Shown here one piece after another: positions 27,810-42,393 of a DNA stretch of 64,000 bases; within the stretch, counting starts at the first letter, position 1; each line of letters begins with the position of its first letter. The DNA is from the human T2T-CHM13v2.0 reference genome, Homo sapiens, in NCBI RefSeq assembly GCF_009914755.1, contig NC_060931.1; one strand, given 5' to 3'. The notes under the pieces are model-generated. The model was not told where the DNA came from. It did not search any database and saw nothing but the letters and a program-made list of their open reading frames with translations. Position numbers and translations under genes: made by a program.

Positions 27810-29509
27810 GTTACGGTTTTATGATAACACAAGGATACTGTATTCCATGGAAAGTAGATTTTATTTCCTACATCTTTCTGCTATAGCTCTATCCTCAGCA
27901 GTTTTAAATTTAGATATGGCAACATAACTTTCAAGTTATCTCCCTGGAGTATTCCTACTAAAAGGAAAACTAAAGGGTGAACCATTTCCAAGTAATGACT
28001 GCCTACGAGTGGCCTAGATTCTCAATACACCTGGAGAAGAAAACAAAGACTTTACGGACATACTTATTTTTTGACCCCATTGGCCTTCTAGATGTTTGTA
28101 TATTTGGTTCTCTTTGTTCTTACTTTGTTTTCTTTTTGAAGTCAGTAACATATTGTTAGGCTAGTCCAGCATGGGTTAGACATATTTATTTTTGATGTAA
28201 AATAGTATATTTTTTTCATGAAAGGATTTACTATATCCTTTCTAGAGGCCTAACACTGAGGCAGGCATGTAAGTTAAAATAAAGGCAGCAAGTTTTCTCT
28301 TTGGAAGCTCATAATCTGGTTTGGAAACATAGGCCATAGCCGGAAAACACAGTTAAGTCATGTTACAAGCAGTCAGGTTAAGTGTCAGAATAATGGTGTC
28401 AACATGGGCTGGCACAATTTATGGAAGGAGTGAGGCTGCTCTGGGTACTGAAGAGTATGCATGCTTTTTTTGGGGTATGGGAAGAAAGCTATCACTTGGG
28501 AGCATGAGTGTGTGCATGTAGGGGTGTGTATGCATACATATGTATGTGAGGGGATGGAGATGCTGCAGAATGAACAAGGACTTGAATTCAAGAAGGAACT
28601 GAAGGTAAACAGGGTCATGTAAATGGAAGGAAGCCTGACCTCTGAGGAACTGAATGCCAGGGTAAGCGATATTCTAAAGAGATTATAAAGCCATTGTTGA
28701 AAGCAAATTTTGGGAAGGATATGGTTACAATAGGGAAGCTGGGATAGAACAGGAAAGGGCCAGGGTCAGGAATTCTGACTAGAATGCCATCCAGTTGTGA
28801 GGCAATTATGTTCACATTATCTGCCATTCACTTGGGTTTCACAACTAGAAATTCTTCTTGATCAGCTTGGCTTTTTATTTCCTCTGAAAGCTCAAGGTTG
28901 TTCTTTGCCAAAAGAGAGTCGAGAAGTGGAGCTTGATTTCACTGACATGTGCTAATGTGACTACAGCACTGGTATAGACTCTTAGGAGCTAGATTCAAGC
29001 ATCTTTATGTTTAGATCAAAAACGAACACAAGTATGTGCCCCTAAATCAGTGTTGAACTCGGTATGTTTAATTTCAGGATCAGTTTTCTTTATGTTATTT
29101 TTTTCCAACCAGGTATCCAATATTTTTTACAAGGCCATTCTCTTGAATTAAATATACATTAGATATCTCATCTAGATAATAAATCTTTGTGTCAGCACCT
29201 ATCCTGATCTCACCAGATTTCATTTTGCAGCATTTCCCTGATGCTTAGCAAAGTAAATCAACTGCTTTGACAAATGAGTAGCTTAAACTCCTTCAAAAAG
29301 TCAGTCAATAGTGCCCACCGAATGAAAATTCTTCCCTCTGTGTCTTGGGAATACAAAAAGAACTGGATGACTAGTCTCCACTCCTCATAAGATTTCAATC
29401 GAATGAGAAAAAGAAAAAGCACAGACTAAGCATTAAATGAAAACATAAAAAATCCTAGAATAATAACATCTCTGCATCAAATAATTACTGTGTACCAAAA
29501 ACTTTACAA

Positions 29510-29660
29510 GCATTATCTCATTGACTTCTTATGTCAGCCCCATGGGTTGTGTTATCAGCATGAATAATTTTGCAGATGAGGAATATGAAACTCAGAGAGG
29601 TTAGCCTCCTTGCTCATGGTCACACATCTAGTAAATTGCAGAGTCAGAATTCGAACTCTT
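29510..29660 (-). mobile_element. MIR SINE split by an L1 insertion
   Basis: ttttgcagatgaggaatatgaaactcagagaggttag...ggtcacacatctagtaaa...gaattcgaactc. Confidence 0.75.
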
Positions 29661-32365
29661 ATTTATCTCTTTCCTCTTGCTGCTTTTAGGATCCTTTCTT
29701 TACTCCTGACCTTTGACAGTTTGGTTATAAAATGCATTGAGGTAGTCTTCTTTGGGTTAAATCTGCTTGGTATTCGGTAACTTTCTTGTACTTGAATATT
29801 GATATCTTTCTCTAGGTTTGGAAAGTTTATTATTCCTTAGAATAAGCTTTTTACCCCCCTCTCTCTCTACCTCCTCTTTAAAGCCATAACTCTTATATTT
29901 GCCATTTTGTGGCTATTTTCTAGATAGGCTTTCTATTTTCTACAAGAAGCTTTCTTGTAGGCATGCTTCATTCTTTTTTATTCTTTTTTCTTTTGTCTCC
30001 TCTGACTGTATATTTTCAAATAGCCTATCTTCAAGCTCACCAATCCTTTATTCTGTTTGATCAATTCTGCTATTAAGAGACTCTGATGTGTTCTTTAGTA
30101 TATCAGTTGCACTTTCAACTCCAGAATTTCTGCTCGATTCTTCTTATTTATTTCTATTTCTTTGCTAAATTTATCTGATAGGATTCCGAATTCCTTCTCT
30201 GTGTTATCTTGAATTTCTCTGCATTTCCTCCAAAAAAACTCTTTTGAATTCTCTTTGTGAAAGGTCACATATCTCTGTCTTTCTGGATTGCTCCCTGGTG
30301 CCTTAGTTTGTTTGGTGACATCATGTTTTCCTGGATGGTCTTGATGCTTGCAGATTTTTTTTTTTTTGCTACCTGGGCATTGAAGACTGAAATATATATT
30401 GTAGTCTTTGCAACCTTGGCTTGTTTTTACCCGTCCTTCTTGGGAAGCCTTTCCAGGTATTCAAAGAGACTTGTGTGCTGTGATCTAAGTTTTTGGTCAC
30501 TGCAGCCATATCTGCATTAGGGAGTACCCCAAGTGCAATAACACTGTAGTTCTTGCAGATTTACAGAGTTATCACCTTGGTGGTCTTGGATAAGATCCAG
30601 AAGAATTCTCTGGATTACCAGGCAGAGATTCGTGTTCTCTTCCCGTAATTTCTCCCAAGCTAATGGAGTCTCTCTTTCTGTTCTGAGCTGCCTGGAGCTT
30701 GGGAAGGGGTGAACACAAGCACTCCTTTGGCCACCACCACTGGAACTGCACAGGGTCAAACCTGAAGCCAGCACAGCACTGAGTCTTGCTCAAGGCCCCG
30801 GCAACCACTGTTTGGCTACTGCCTTGAATACTAAAAGACCTAGGGCTCTACAATTTACAATTAGCAAGTGTCAAAGCCAAACAAGGCCCTGGGTGGGTTC
30901 AGAAATGCAGTCTAGGATCCAGGGTCTAGAGTGTGAAATCTTTTAAACCTACCTGGTGCCCTAAACTACTGCAGCTGAGCTGGTACTGAAACCACTACAC
31001 AAAGTCTTTCCCACTCTTCCCTTCCCTTTCTCCTGGGAGAGGAGCCTCTTCCTGTGTCCATCACCACCATAGGCCCATGGAGAGTATTGCCAGGCTACCA
31101 CTGGTATTCACTTAAGGCCCAAGGGCTCTTTACTCGGCTTGTGGTGGATGCTGACAGACCTGGGACTGACTCACCCTTCAGGGAAGTATGCTTCCCTCTG
31201 GCCCAGGATAGGTCCAGAGATGCCATTCAAGAGCCAAGGCCTGGAACTGGGTACCCAGGACCCTGCTTAGTGCTCTTCCCCACTGTGGCTGAGTTGGTGT
31301 CTAAGCTTAAGACAAAGTCCCCTTTACTTTTCCCTCTACTTTTCTCAAGCAGAAGGGGTGTTTCCATAGCCACCACAGATGTTAATGTGCTGGGTCACAC
31401 ATGAAGCCAGCATATATCTGTGTCTCGCCCAATGCCCACAGTATGTACTACCTGGTTACTGCTGCTGGTTATTCAGGGCCCAAGGGCCCTTTATTCAGCA
31501 GAGGATGAATTTTGCCAGGACTGGGTCTTTCCCTTCAAGGCAGCAGGTTCCTTTCTGGCCTAGGTTGTATCTAGAAATGTCATCGGGTAGCAAGGGCCTG
31601 GAATTGGGGCCTCACAACTCTGCCTGGTGCCAAATCACACTGTGGCTGAGCTGGTATCCAAGTTGCATGACAAAGTCCTCTTTACTCTTCCCTCCCCTCT
31701 CCTAAAGTAGGAAAGAGGGATCTCTTTTGGAACTTGGAGCTGCCCTGCCTGGGGTTGGGGGATGGGTGGCACAAGCACTCCCTTAGCTTCCCTGGTTGGT
31801 GTCTCATTAGGTCACATGCCCCTAAGTTCATTGGCTCTGAGCCCAGCACAGCACTAGGACTTGCCTAGGAGTTGCAGTCCTTGTGGTTTAGACAGCCTTT
31901 CAAGTTTATTTAGGATCCCAGAGCACTTTAGTCTGTGGTGGTGAGGCTTGCTGAAACTCAAGTTCTGATTGCTGCAATAGGCAATTCCCCTCTGGCTATG
32001 GCTGGTCCAAATGCCCCCTCTGTGGGTGCTGGCCAAGTTCTGTCTAGCTTTGGCAGCACTGTGTTCCAATGCAAAGTTCCACAATCACTACACTCTCCCT
32101 CCCGCAGGTGCCCAGGTTCTCTCTCCATACCACATGGCGAACTGCTGTGAGGGGATGGGGTAAGGGTGGCATCAAAATTTGAGATTGTCTTTCTTATTCT
32201 CTTCAGTGCCTCTTTCAGTGATATGAAGTTGAAACCAGATACTGGTTTTTGGTTCTTCTGAAGGTGCTTTTATTGTGTAGATAGTTGTTAAATTTGGTGT
32301 TCCTGCAGGGAGGACAATTGGGTGTCAGGAGGAGGCTTCTATTCGGCCATCTTGCTCTACTTCCC
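29661..32365 (-). mobile_element. Old L1M (L1MA/L1M1-2 type) 5'UTR plus partial ORF1, 3'-truncated
   Basis: 5' terminus ttctattcggccatcttgct; about three ~330-bp related 5'UTR units (30720-31720); ORF1 remnant KLSKVRSKERILKAARGKR at the left end; flanking direct repeat 14/16. Confidence 0.85.
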
Positions 32366-32747
32366 CAGAATCTGAACTCTTGGCTCTTGAATTTTTCAGC
32401 CAGATCTCCTTTCAGGTTGCTATAATCAGTTATAAAAAGGCAAAAATGCCAAAGTTATTGTTTCTTAATTAAAAATAAAATGATTTGGGAAGGTTACACA
32501 GAGTCTGACTTAGGAGCCACTAGGGTTGTGGAGAAAACACACGGGTTAGATAAGAGTCTTCAAGAGAAAATTCCAGGTGAGGGAAATGGCAGGCTTGTAA
32601 TTACAATGCAAAAGACTACGGGTGTGGGACAGCAAACAGGACCAGTGAGTTGACGTGAGAGATGAAGGGAGAGGTGTCCCCAAATTAAGAGCATTATAAG
32701 AAGTTGAAATCCTGACTTGAAATCTTAGTGCTGGACACATAAAACAT

Positions 32748-32860
32748 TATATGTGTGTGTTTGTGTGTGTATATTTACATATACATATATATATAAATGT
32801 ATTAGCAGTTGTCAATGCATATATATGAATATACATATATGTGTACATATATGTATATTT
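32748..32860. repeat. Degenerate (TG)n/(TA)n microsatellite
   Basis: tatatgtgtgtgtttgtgtgtgtatatttacatatacatatatatata... Confidence 0.8.
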
Positions 32861-35800
32861 ACAATGGTGGGTTGTAGGTGCTGAGCACTAATGTGAGTTT
32901 CACATGGCAAAAACAAAAGAGGGACAGCAGATAAGGTGAAAAAGCCAGCATCTTTGGGTATTAAGAAACCCAGAACCACAGGACTTAAATTATCCTTAAA
33001 ACTCCTTATGGCAGTAAAGGAATGTGAGCGTCAGAATAAATTTCATACCTAAAAATTTCACATCTTACTCTTTTTTATATTACACTCCTCAAAACTTCAG
33101 AAAGTCCTCCCATATCATCTCCCCTTTAAGGTGGCCCTGACTATAGCTTTAATCTGCAATTCTTTGTATAAAAAGTTCTAGGAAATGGAGTTTAGCCAAT
33201 ATAATTTTCCCAAACCTTGGACCATGGGATTAGGATTAATCGAGGAGAAAAACGGCACCAATATTGTTTGCATGAGATTATAAAATGTCAGTGTGACAAA
33301 ATTTTTTGTTTAGAAAATTTATAACTAAATTTATTAAGTACAGATTTTTATCCAATTTATTGTATCAGACAGCAATAATTCAAAAGAATTCCACCTCTGC
33401 ATTACCAAAGGGCAAATATAAAAGATAAGAAAAATTTAAACTTGTGAAAAATATGTTTCTGTACTTTTCATTGCCTTTCAACCATTTTGAATTCTTTGGA
33501 TTTTGGTGTTAAAAGGGTATTACTGGGATATGTCTGTGTTTCTAGGCTGATGAACAATGAAGAGTACATGATTTAAAAAAACCTGCAGGGAATATTTAAC
33601 TAGTATGTACCAGCAATAAAATATTTAAAAACTTATGTACTAGTTGGTAAACAGTCATTGCCCTGAGCCATTGGAGTGTCTTCCCCTACAATCCTTTCCT
33701 CCCACTGCTGCATGGGGCACTCTAGTCTCTGGCCCTTCCCCCAGGATTATTTCTTCACCTCCCTAATGCACAGTATCTAAAGGGTTGATTAGTACAGCAG
33801 TGAGGCTCCAAGACACTGCTCTGGTGCCCCAGTACCCACCTTCATGTTGTATAGTTGTTAACCATTTTGAATTGCACCCCAAGAAATAACATGCAAGTTA
33901 CTGGGTGAATGTGATTGGAAATGTAACCATGTCTTCTCTTACTCAAGTACTTCTGTTTGTACCTCTTTCTTTCCCTACTTTTCTTCCCTTAGTAGGTTTG
34001 CTAAGAAACATACACATATAACTTTGGAGATGATGCATCCTTTCTCTTGAGTTAAGTGTGTCTCTAGCTGTATTCATGTCCTATATTCTTGTTCTGATTT
34101 TAAGAAAAAAAATGTTGAAAATAATAAGAGTGGTATTTTGGTCACTGTATTTGCCTATGGGCTCAAAACAAGAAGGATTTATTATGTATGTTTCCCCAAA
34201 GCAGAACAGTTCTGAGATTGATGAAAAAACTCCAACAAATTGACTGACTGATCTTTAGTGAGTCAACCTCTGCAAAATGTTCCTAGGATTCGGCTGAAAG
34301 AGATAATGTGTGGATTAAAAAAAACCCCTTAGATGTATCTAAGATTCCTGAAGCTCCATCACTGAATTAATCATAACTTTGAAACATTAGTTAAAGACTA
34401 CCCTCTAAGTCCCTTTTCTGACTTTTGATTTTTCACTGAGAAGTCCAGAATAAAGGTGCCTTCACTTTCTGGGCCACAAGGCACTGGAATGAAATCTTTT
34501 GTAATACCAATGAGACTTGTGCTCCCATCTAAGAGATGCTAGCTCCCTCCTGCTACATATGTGGTAAGCTTATTTTTCTACCACCTGTGAATATAGTTTA
34601 ATAATGACAAACTTCTTGATCTTTACATCATTCATGTCTATTTTAAAGTGCATTTGAGAATAAAGGATTCTAGGTTTTCCTAATAAATATTAAACTTTAA
34701 AATAAAAACTGGATCATGTGGGTGTATTCTTCTCTCTGTGTGTATATATATATATATATACACAACATGTAGATATGCATGTGTATACATATACACATAG
34801 ACACAGAGCCCCTATATACATTTATTTTGGCTTGATGACTCAGGATGTAAAATGTTGTTTCTCTTAATGTTTAATAATACATTAATGTATTTCTGGTACA
34901 ATACTTCTTTAGTTGCTTATAATATTCCTTATGATGTGGAACTGTTCTTTACATTTCTACTTGAAATGCATTTGCTCTCTCTCAACATAGAGTATTTATG
35001 CAGTTTTACTTACAGTGACAAAGAGATATTTCTTTGAACATATTATATGTAAAGCAGGCTTGAACTCAGCTTTTGATTAAAACATAGTTATGTGGCCTTC
35101 TAGCTCAGCTGTAATTGCATTTAAAATTCCTTTCTGCACTCTACTGAAGACCGCAAACCAATATTAATAAAGTAGGCTTAGAGCAGTGTAGCACCTGAGC
35201 AATTGGTTCTTGACAAACGTTATTTACCTAGCTAGAGTTTCATTTCAGAGCTAACATGTCTCTGTGCTACTTGAATAAAGCACTCATCTGAAAACTCTGT
35301 TAGACATTTTAACCCAATTTAATTTATTCCCTGAAAGTTTAATCCCCTGTTGAAAAGAGTAGTTGCAAATTTTCTGGAGTTACAATTCACTGAAGTGAAA
35401 AATAGTTAATGACATCAAGAGTTTAGTTAAAAATCTTTCTCAAAATGTAAAACAGGGGGCAAGAGTTAATAGGATATTTTATATAGTTATATTTCAATCC
35501 TTTTCCGAATCTTCCTAAAGTCACTTGCTTCTCTACCATTAAAGAGGTATGAAATGAGTTACTTAGACATCTCCAGGAAGTAGGGGGAAAAACCACTTAT
35601 ATTTGAAACCAGAAAAGCAAATCTCTTCTGAGCTTTGTCATTTAAGTGGCACATTCAGTCCTTTTATATTTTATAACACCCTTTTTGTATCACATCCACC
35701 AAACGAAGCAAATATTAGGTGCCGGCCATCTACAGCTTTCTACCTAACTGTATGAGGAAGCAGGGTACAGTCTGCAACACAGAATGCTTTGGCACTCATA

Positions 35801-37739
35801 TGCCATCAACCCAGACTTGATTTTATGCAGTAAATTGTCCAACAGAAGTCTATTTATCTGTTATTGAAATATTTTTGGTTTCACTGCCAAAGAGGATAAA
35901 AATATGGGTGGAGAGAAAATAAAATCTGAATTGACTTTGTTTTTGGCATAGTAGAAAGCATTTTGGTCCCCTTTATAGTCTCTTAAAAATTTAATTATTC
36001 ATTTGGCAGATATACCTCTATAGCACAACTGGATAGTTGTTTTAAAATATGCAAAGCGCAGATTTCAGACTTAATAGGAGATAATGACTGCTTTATAGCC
36101 TGTCAGGTCATGGCCTACTTGGCCTAGTTACAGAGATATTGCTTCATGGTTCAGTGCTCCAAGAGCTGATGATGGCTCCAGGCCAGCAAAGGTGTCATTG
36201 ACATAATAGAAAGTAAAGGTTTCTCTGGAACTCTAATGGGATGCTCCATAAAGCATAGATCAAAAATATTATGGCTTGGATAGTACAACCCTAGTGGGGA
36301 CATTGGGTGGTATTTTTCCTCCATATGTCATTAAGAAAACAACCAAAAATTTATGTGCAAAGTCATAATTTCACATTCTAAAAGTAGGATTATTAATGAA
36401 AATTATATTATATTTGGTGGATAACCATTTGAAAAAGATAACAGTGTTCTGGTTGCCTAAATGACTTGGAAAGTCACCATTTAGGCAGTTCCCATAAAAA
36501 AGGCATCTGCCTTAAGAGCTGTCAGCCTGCAGCCTGGCTCCAGAATCTAGGCTCTTACCACTATGCCATACTACTTAAAATGTGCAATGTTTTCCGACGT
36601 GAATTTAAATTATGGAAATGAAATACTTTTATACAAAACTAACGACATAGATCAATATAATTGTATTGATTATTAATGAGTAAAAATAAAATAAAAAATA
36701 CAATATTATTAACCACTGAGAAGAACAGCTTATGTACATTCTAATTCTCAAAATAACACTGGGACAGGGGGATTCTATCTCTAAATTAGAATAAGAAAAT
36801 TTAGATTCAAGAGATTATGGCTTCATAATCAATTGTCATTTGGCTATGAAGTCCTTGCTGAATATCCTTGAGTGTCTGTATAAGCACCTGGTGTATTATG
36901 AACAGTATGATCTGCTTGTCAGCTCCTTTTGGAGAATGATGATTGAGGTTACACTTTAACTTGAAGTTCAAGGATTGGGGAATGCCTCTACTTGGTTAAG
37001 TGTCCATTCTTGGTTCATATCTGTTCAATGAACTGAATCACCAAAATGTACACTCTTAAATAGCAATAGGTAGTACAACCACCTTTCATTTGGTAATACC
37101 AGTAATAGTAATCTTGTGGTTTTGGGTCAGAACAGCAGGATAAGAATTCGAATGCTGTTTCTTGTATGTGTGATTCTAAGGCCATCTCTTGGGGCAGTGG
37201 GTCTTGCATTTCTCTACTCTATCATTAGGTTACTGGTATCTACATCACAGGCAGATCTGTGGGGATCAACCCACTCACATAATGTATTAACATATGATGG
37301 AAATGATAAACACTATGCAAATATTTGTTTAAAAATCTTTATGATTAAAATAAAATAATGTCAGCCTCAGACTGAAAGATAAGTTTAGTAAATCCAGCAA
37401 ATGGATTTTAAAAAACATTAGCTTCGCTTAAACAAAATGTGAAATGAAACAGACCACAAAATGACAAGATTTAATGAGCTTATTATCAGTAAAACAATTG
37501 AATATAATGCAAATTAATTACCTGTAAAATTATATTAAACAGGCTAAATGACTTACTAGGCGATGATTTTGCATAGTACAATAATATTTTACTCTCTGCA
37601 ACTACTAAAAACATTGCTTCCTATATGCTCAAACCAAGGAATTCCGTTTCTCTAATATCAATTTGTCAATCTAAAGTTCTAGAACTTTCCTATAAAATGA
37701 TTTGCAGTGCACATCAGTACAACCCAAACTGAGGGACAT

Positions 37740-38243
37740 TTTACCGATTAATAGCCTATGCTGTTCAAAAATGTAAAGAACCAGAAATAGAAGGGAAATA
37801 AGCTGTAGAGTCATGACAACTGAATGCAATGCAATTGCATGTATTGGATATAGATTCTGGACTAGAAAAATTGGTAGGCATAATGGGGTAACAGATGCCA
37901 TTAGAATAATGGCAATAGGTTAAATTATGGTAATATATCAAGGTTAAATTTCCTGATTTTGATAGTTCTACTGTGGTTACATAAGATAATATAATTTTCT
38001 TAGGGTCTACTCCAGGACCTGCTTAAGGGTAAATGGGCATGGTGTCTCAAAGTTACTCTCAAAATGGCTCAGAAAATTTATACACACATACATACATATA
38101 TGCATAAATATGAGAGAGAGTAAGACAGCAATAAAGTTAATGTGATCAAATGAAACTAATTGGTGAATCTCGGTAAATGGCATATGGAAGTTTCTTGTAA
38201 CTTTTTGTAAATTGGAAATTATACCAAAATAAAAAAATAAAAA
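37740..38243 (+). mobile_element. L1MC/L1MD/L1ME-type 3'UTR fragment
   Basis: ttaaatttcctgattttgatagttctactgtggttacataag...ggtgaatctcggtaaatggcatatgg...aaaataaaaaa. Confidence 0.7.
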
Positions 38244-38352
38244 TCTAAATACGTTTTTGTGCAGATTTAAATTAAGATGGATAGTCTTTGCAGTCTATTT
38301 AAGAACCAAGATTACTTAAAGAAAGACAGTTTCACTTAAAAATGCATTTCTT

Positions 38353-38630
38353 GTGGCTCACGCCTGTAATCCCAGCACTTTGGGAGGCCGAGGTGGGTGG
38401 ATCACGAGGTCAGGAGATCGAGACCATCCTGGCTAACACGGTGAAACCCTGTCTCCACTTAAAAAAATACAAAAAATTAGCTGGGCGTGGTGGCGGGCAC
38501 CTGTAGTCCCAGCTACTCGGGAGGCTGAGGCAGGAGATGGCTGTGAGCCCAGGAGGCGGAGCTTGCAGTGAGCTGAGATTGTGCCACGCACTCCAGCCTG
38601 GGCAACATAGCGAGACTCTGTCTCAAAAAA
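38353..38630 (+). mobile_element. AluY lacking ~10 nt at the 5' end, almost no tail
   Basis: gagatcgagaccatcctggctaacacggtg; TSD aaaaatgcatttcttg / aaaaaggcatttcttg. Confidence 0.92.
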
Positions 38631-39809
38631 GGCATTTCTTGATTGTTTAAACGATCATCCAGTTCGAAAAAACCATAAATCTCATACCTTCCTTTAACAT
38701 TATGTGAGACTATGAAATAAACATTTTAATTAAAAGGAAATTAATGATACACTTAGAATATGCTATTTAATTTCACCACCCCCATGGCAAATTCCATGAT
38801 CCTTCGTAAATATTACAGATCAAGTTACCTTGGGTTTACTTTAGTACTTCCTGTTGAGAGTTACTGACTTTCAAGGCTTGTAGCAGGAGAGAACCTCCAA
38901 AATACCAGGACCTTTATTCATTAGAGGGTGAAAAGTACCAATGATGTGGGTTATATGGAATGAGTTGACTTAGAGATGGATTTGAAGTATGCGAAAAAAA
39001 AAGACTTCCATGGAATAATTTTTTAAAAATTTTAATATTATAGTTATTTAACAAAAGCTTGCTGATGGATTTATTTATTTTTGCCTGGGATAGAATAGAA
39101 AATCTGACATTTTACTTTTACTTTCCCCTTTTAAAAGCAAGACTTCTGAAAATAGGAATGAATGAGATTTTGGGAAACACATATAAAACATTTTCCCTTC
39201 AGAGCCTGAAGAATAATTGCCTCTGTGTTATCATTTGCTTGACTGAAATTCTGTTACAATGGTTCTCTCATTTCAATTCTCTCCTTCCTCACAGTCCTCA
39301 CTGTTCAGATAAAAGCCTGGGAAGATCTGTGCACAAGTTTGTGTCCAAAGTCAACCCAAGAGACCCCGAGGTGTAATTGCAATAGACTAGGTTAATGCCT
39401 CTTTTTTAGGGGTTTGCAAATGGTGCCAATTTTCTAGTATCTCTTCCTTTCACAAAATTAAAACTTGCCAGCAAAGTTAAGCAAGTTCCTTGTTTTGAAG
39501 TGATTTGGTGATTTCCAGAGCTTTGAAGCTTTAAAAGCTCTGAAGAAGACGTTAAATACCAGCTCTCAATAAAGGAAAACCTTGGAATGCAAGAGGAGTG
39601 GGCTGGATGGTAACGAACCTTCATCACAATTTTGGCTCTGCTCCTAACCATCTTGATAGCCTTTTGTGAGTCACTTTAGCTCTATGAGGCTCAGCTTTCT
39701 AAGTTATAAAATATGTTCAATGGCCCCTTCCAGCCTCAGATGTTTAGTGATTGTAACTCTCAACAGTCATGGATTTTCATGACACAACCACAGAGCAAAA
39801 ATGTCACAG

Positions 39810-40095
39810 TCAAACTGTGTTTATTTACACTTTATCAACTGTAGAGTCAAGCCAAAAATGCCTTCAATACTCACATTTTAATATCGTTTTAATTTGTGCT
39901 GTTAATGAACACTTTTACAGCTCTATTTTAAACCGTTGCAAACATACCCATAAAACTGTGTTTGCTTCGCATTTTAAAAACCCCACTGCATTTCCCAAGC
40001 AAATAGGCATTTATGCAAACAAATAGCCTAACACGTGTCTAACTGCCTGTTTCAAAGCAATTATTATTTGTCAATACAAATGTCCACTTGAGTAG
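39810..40095. promoter_or_regulatory. Candidate enhancer: forkhead motif cluster
   Basis: About 8 RYMAAYA-type sites plus CACGTG and CCACTTGA in 285 bp with no recognisable repeat. Confidence 0.35.
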
Positions 40096-41137
40096 TGCAA
40101 AGAAAATGCTCCCAGAAAGTTTGGCAGGCTCTGTTCTCTGCTTCAATTCTATCAGTATTCTTTTCATTACCACGTTAGGATCAAATTTCTAGAAATTCAA
40201 GGAAGAAAATGTAGAATATGATGCTAACTTTCTTGCCACTAAGAGACCATACTCACTATTTTATTAAGTTTTGCTAATGTTTGTCAAGCCCCCCAAAATA
40301 TAGTTTTATGCTCATCTAGGTATTTTGCTCTTATTCAGTTTTGTCTTAAGTAAAAATACATTTATTTGGGGATTTTTGGTATAACATTTTTGGTTATAAT
40401 GGCCTGTAGCAGTCACTTGTATTTTCCAAGAAGAATGCCACCTTTTCTTCTTGTGCCACTGTGCATGATTACAGAATTACACAAAACCTCCACAAAGGAT
40501 TACAATACAAACACCTTTATATCTGCCAGATATATAATATTTAGGAAGGATTTGTATAGGGTGCTATGAGTGGATCAATGATTGCTGTAGAAATGAAGTT
40601 TATGGGGAGCTAGATAATGCGGAGTTAGCTTAGCTAATGGGAATGTGTAGATAGGATTCCAGGAAGGGGAAGCAGCTTATACACAGGTTCTAAAGTTGGA
40701 ATAAAGAGAGCACATGAAAAAGTCTGATGTGCAAAAATCCTGAGACTAAAGGGAAAAGTAGCCAACATGAAGCTAGAGACATAGACACATGTTGCATTGA
40801 CTTAGACTACTTTCCAATAAGTAAGCAAGTAGATAAGTTAATAAATAATCAAATAAATAAATAGGTAAGTGTATCTGAGCTTTGAACATCCTTTCTCTCA
40901 GGAATAGGGCCCACAATAACTTCTTTAGTGGATGACGGCTTTTAGTAGTAGTTCCTTCAACAACAGCTGCTCCTTCCAGGTCACTAAAGCTCACAGAATA
41001 GGTGGTTCCCACAGAGTGCCTCAGCCAGCAGTTACCACAAAAGTTCCTGTCCATCTTTTTTCAAAGAGACCTGGGACCCTTAGTGACACAATCCTGTCTT
41101 TCAGCACCATGAATAGAGGCAGCTGTCATATGTCCTA

Positions 41138-41157
41138 GCTGTGCCCTCTAGCGGCAG
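41138..41157 (-). promoter_or_regulatory. Strong CTCF motif
   Basis: Minus strand reads ctgccgctagagggcacagc, a close match to the CTCF core; a CpG is retained in CpG-poor DNA. Confidence 0.65.
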
Positions 41158-42036
41158 CTGGAATGTTACCCGGCTCTTTGAAAAGGGTAATTAAAATACC
41201 TCTCAGTATTTGAAGTCAGTGAGTTTAGGGACATACTAGGAGAGGAAAGTCTTCCCCAACGACCTGTTCTCTCAGTTTGCCTATGATGCCTTCTATCCAC
41301 AGTGCTCAAGGTAAAACAAACTGCTAATAATGAGTAAGCCATTTTAAGCTACATTAAAAGAGGGTTGAGGGAATTTCTGAAAATATATACAAATTTTCAT
41401 CCAACCTCTCTATTGTGACTTATCTTACAGCATCTCTAGTCATTTTGAGGTTATGTCTGCCTCATTCTCTCTATGACCTATTTCATCTTATGATGTTTGT
41501 ATGAATACCCTTCTTTGATTTAATGGAACTGTTTACTTAAGACTTGGCTCTTTTTGTTACCAAGGATATTTTTTCTTTTAACTCCAGGAGCACCACTCAG
41601 TTTTGTGTCTGATTAACTTTTCTTAACAGAATCTAAATCCAGAGGCCATCTTTTTGCTTATTTATGAGATCTCTCTGGCTAAACATCTTTTTTCATTAGC
41701 ACATGTCTCTTCAGTATGAGATTTCACACACCATGCTTTAAGAACCTGGGAATTGAGGAAAATGGTGATGCAAGACCAAAGCAAAATCTAGCCCAGGCTT
41801 GTGGACAGCAGCAGCATCTGATTCCAAATCTGGCAGTAACTGGTTAAGAGATCTGCAGAGGGCAGAGTATAGTAACCCAGTGCTAGGAATCTTGCAAGGG
41901 AGAAACAGAAGGTCAAGGAATGGATGTTACCTTCTTAGGGAAGAGCTTTTTAAAAGAATTCTCAAGGGAATAGTTTTCTTATAGAAATAGTGGTGTTTGA
42001 TATTCTCAGTGCATGAGTTGTATCTTCCCTGAGCTA

Positions 42037-42393
<357 letters not shown>

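Noticed and set aside
30720-31720. About three ~330-bp diverged repeats as a novel array
   Set aside because: They are internal repeats of the old L1M 5'UTR, with no repeat-spacer structure.
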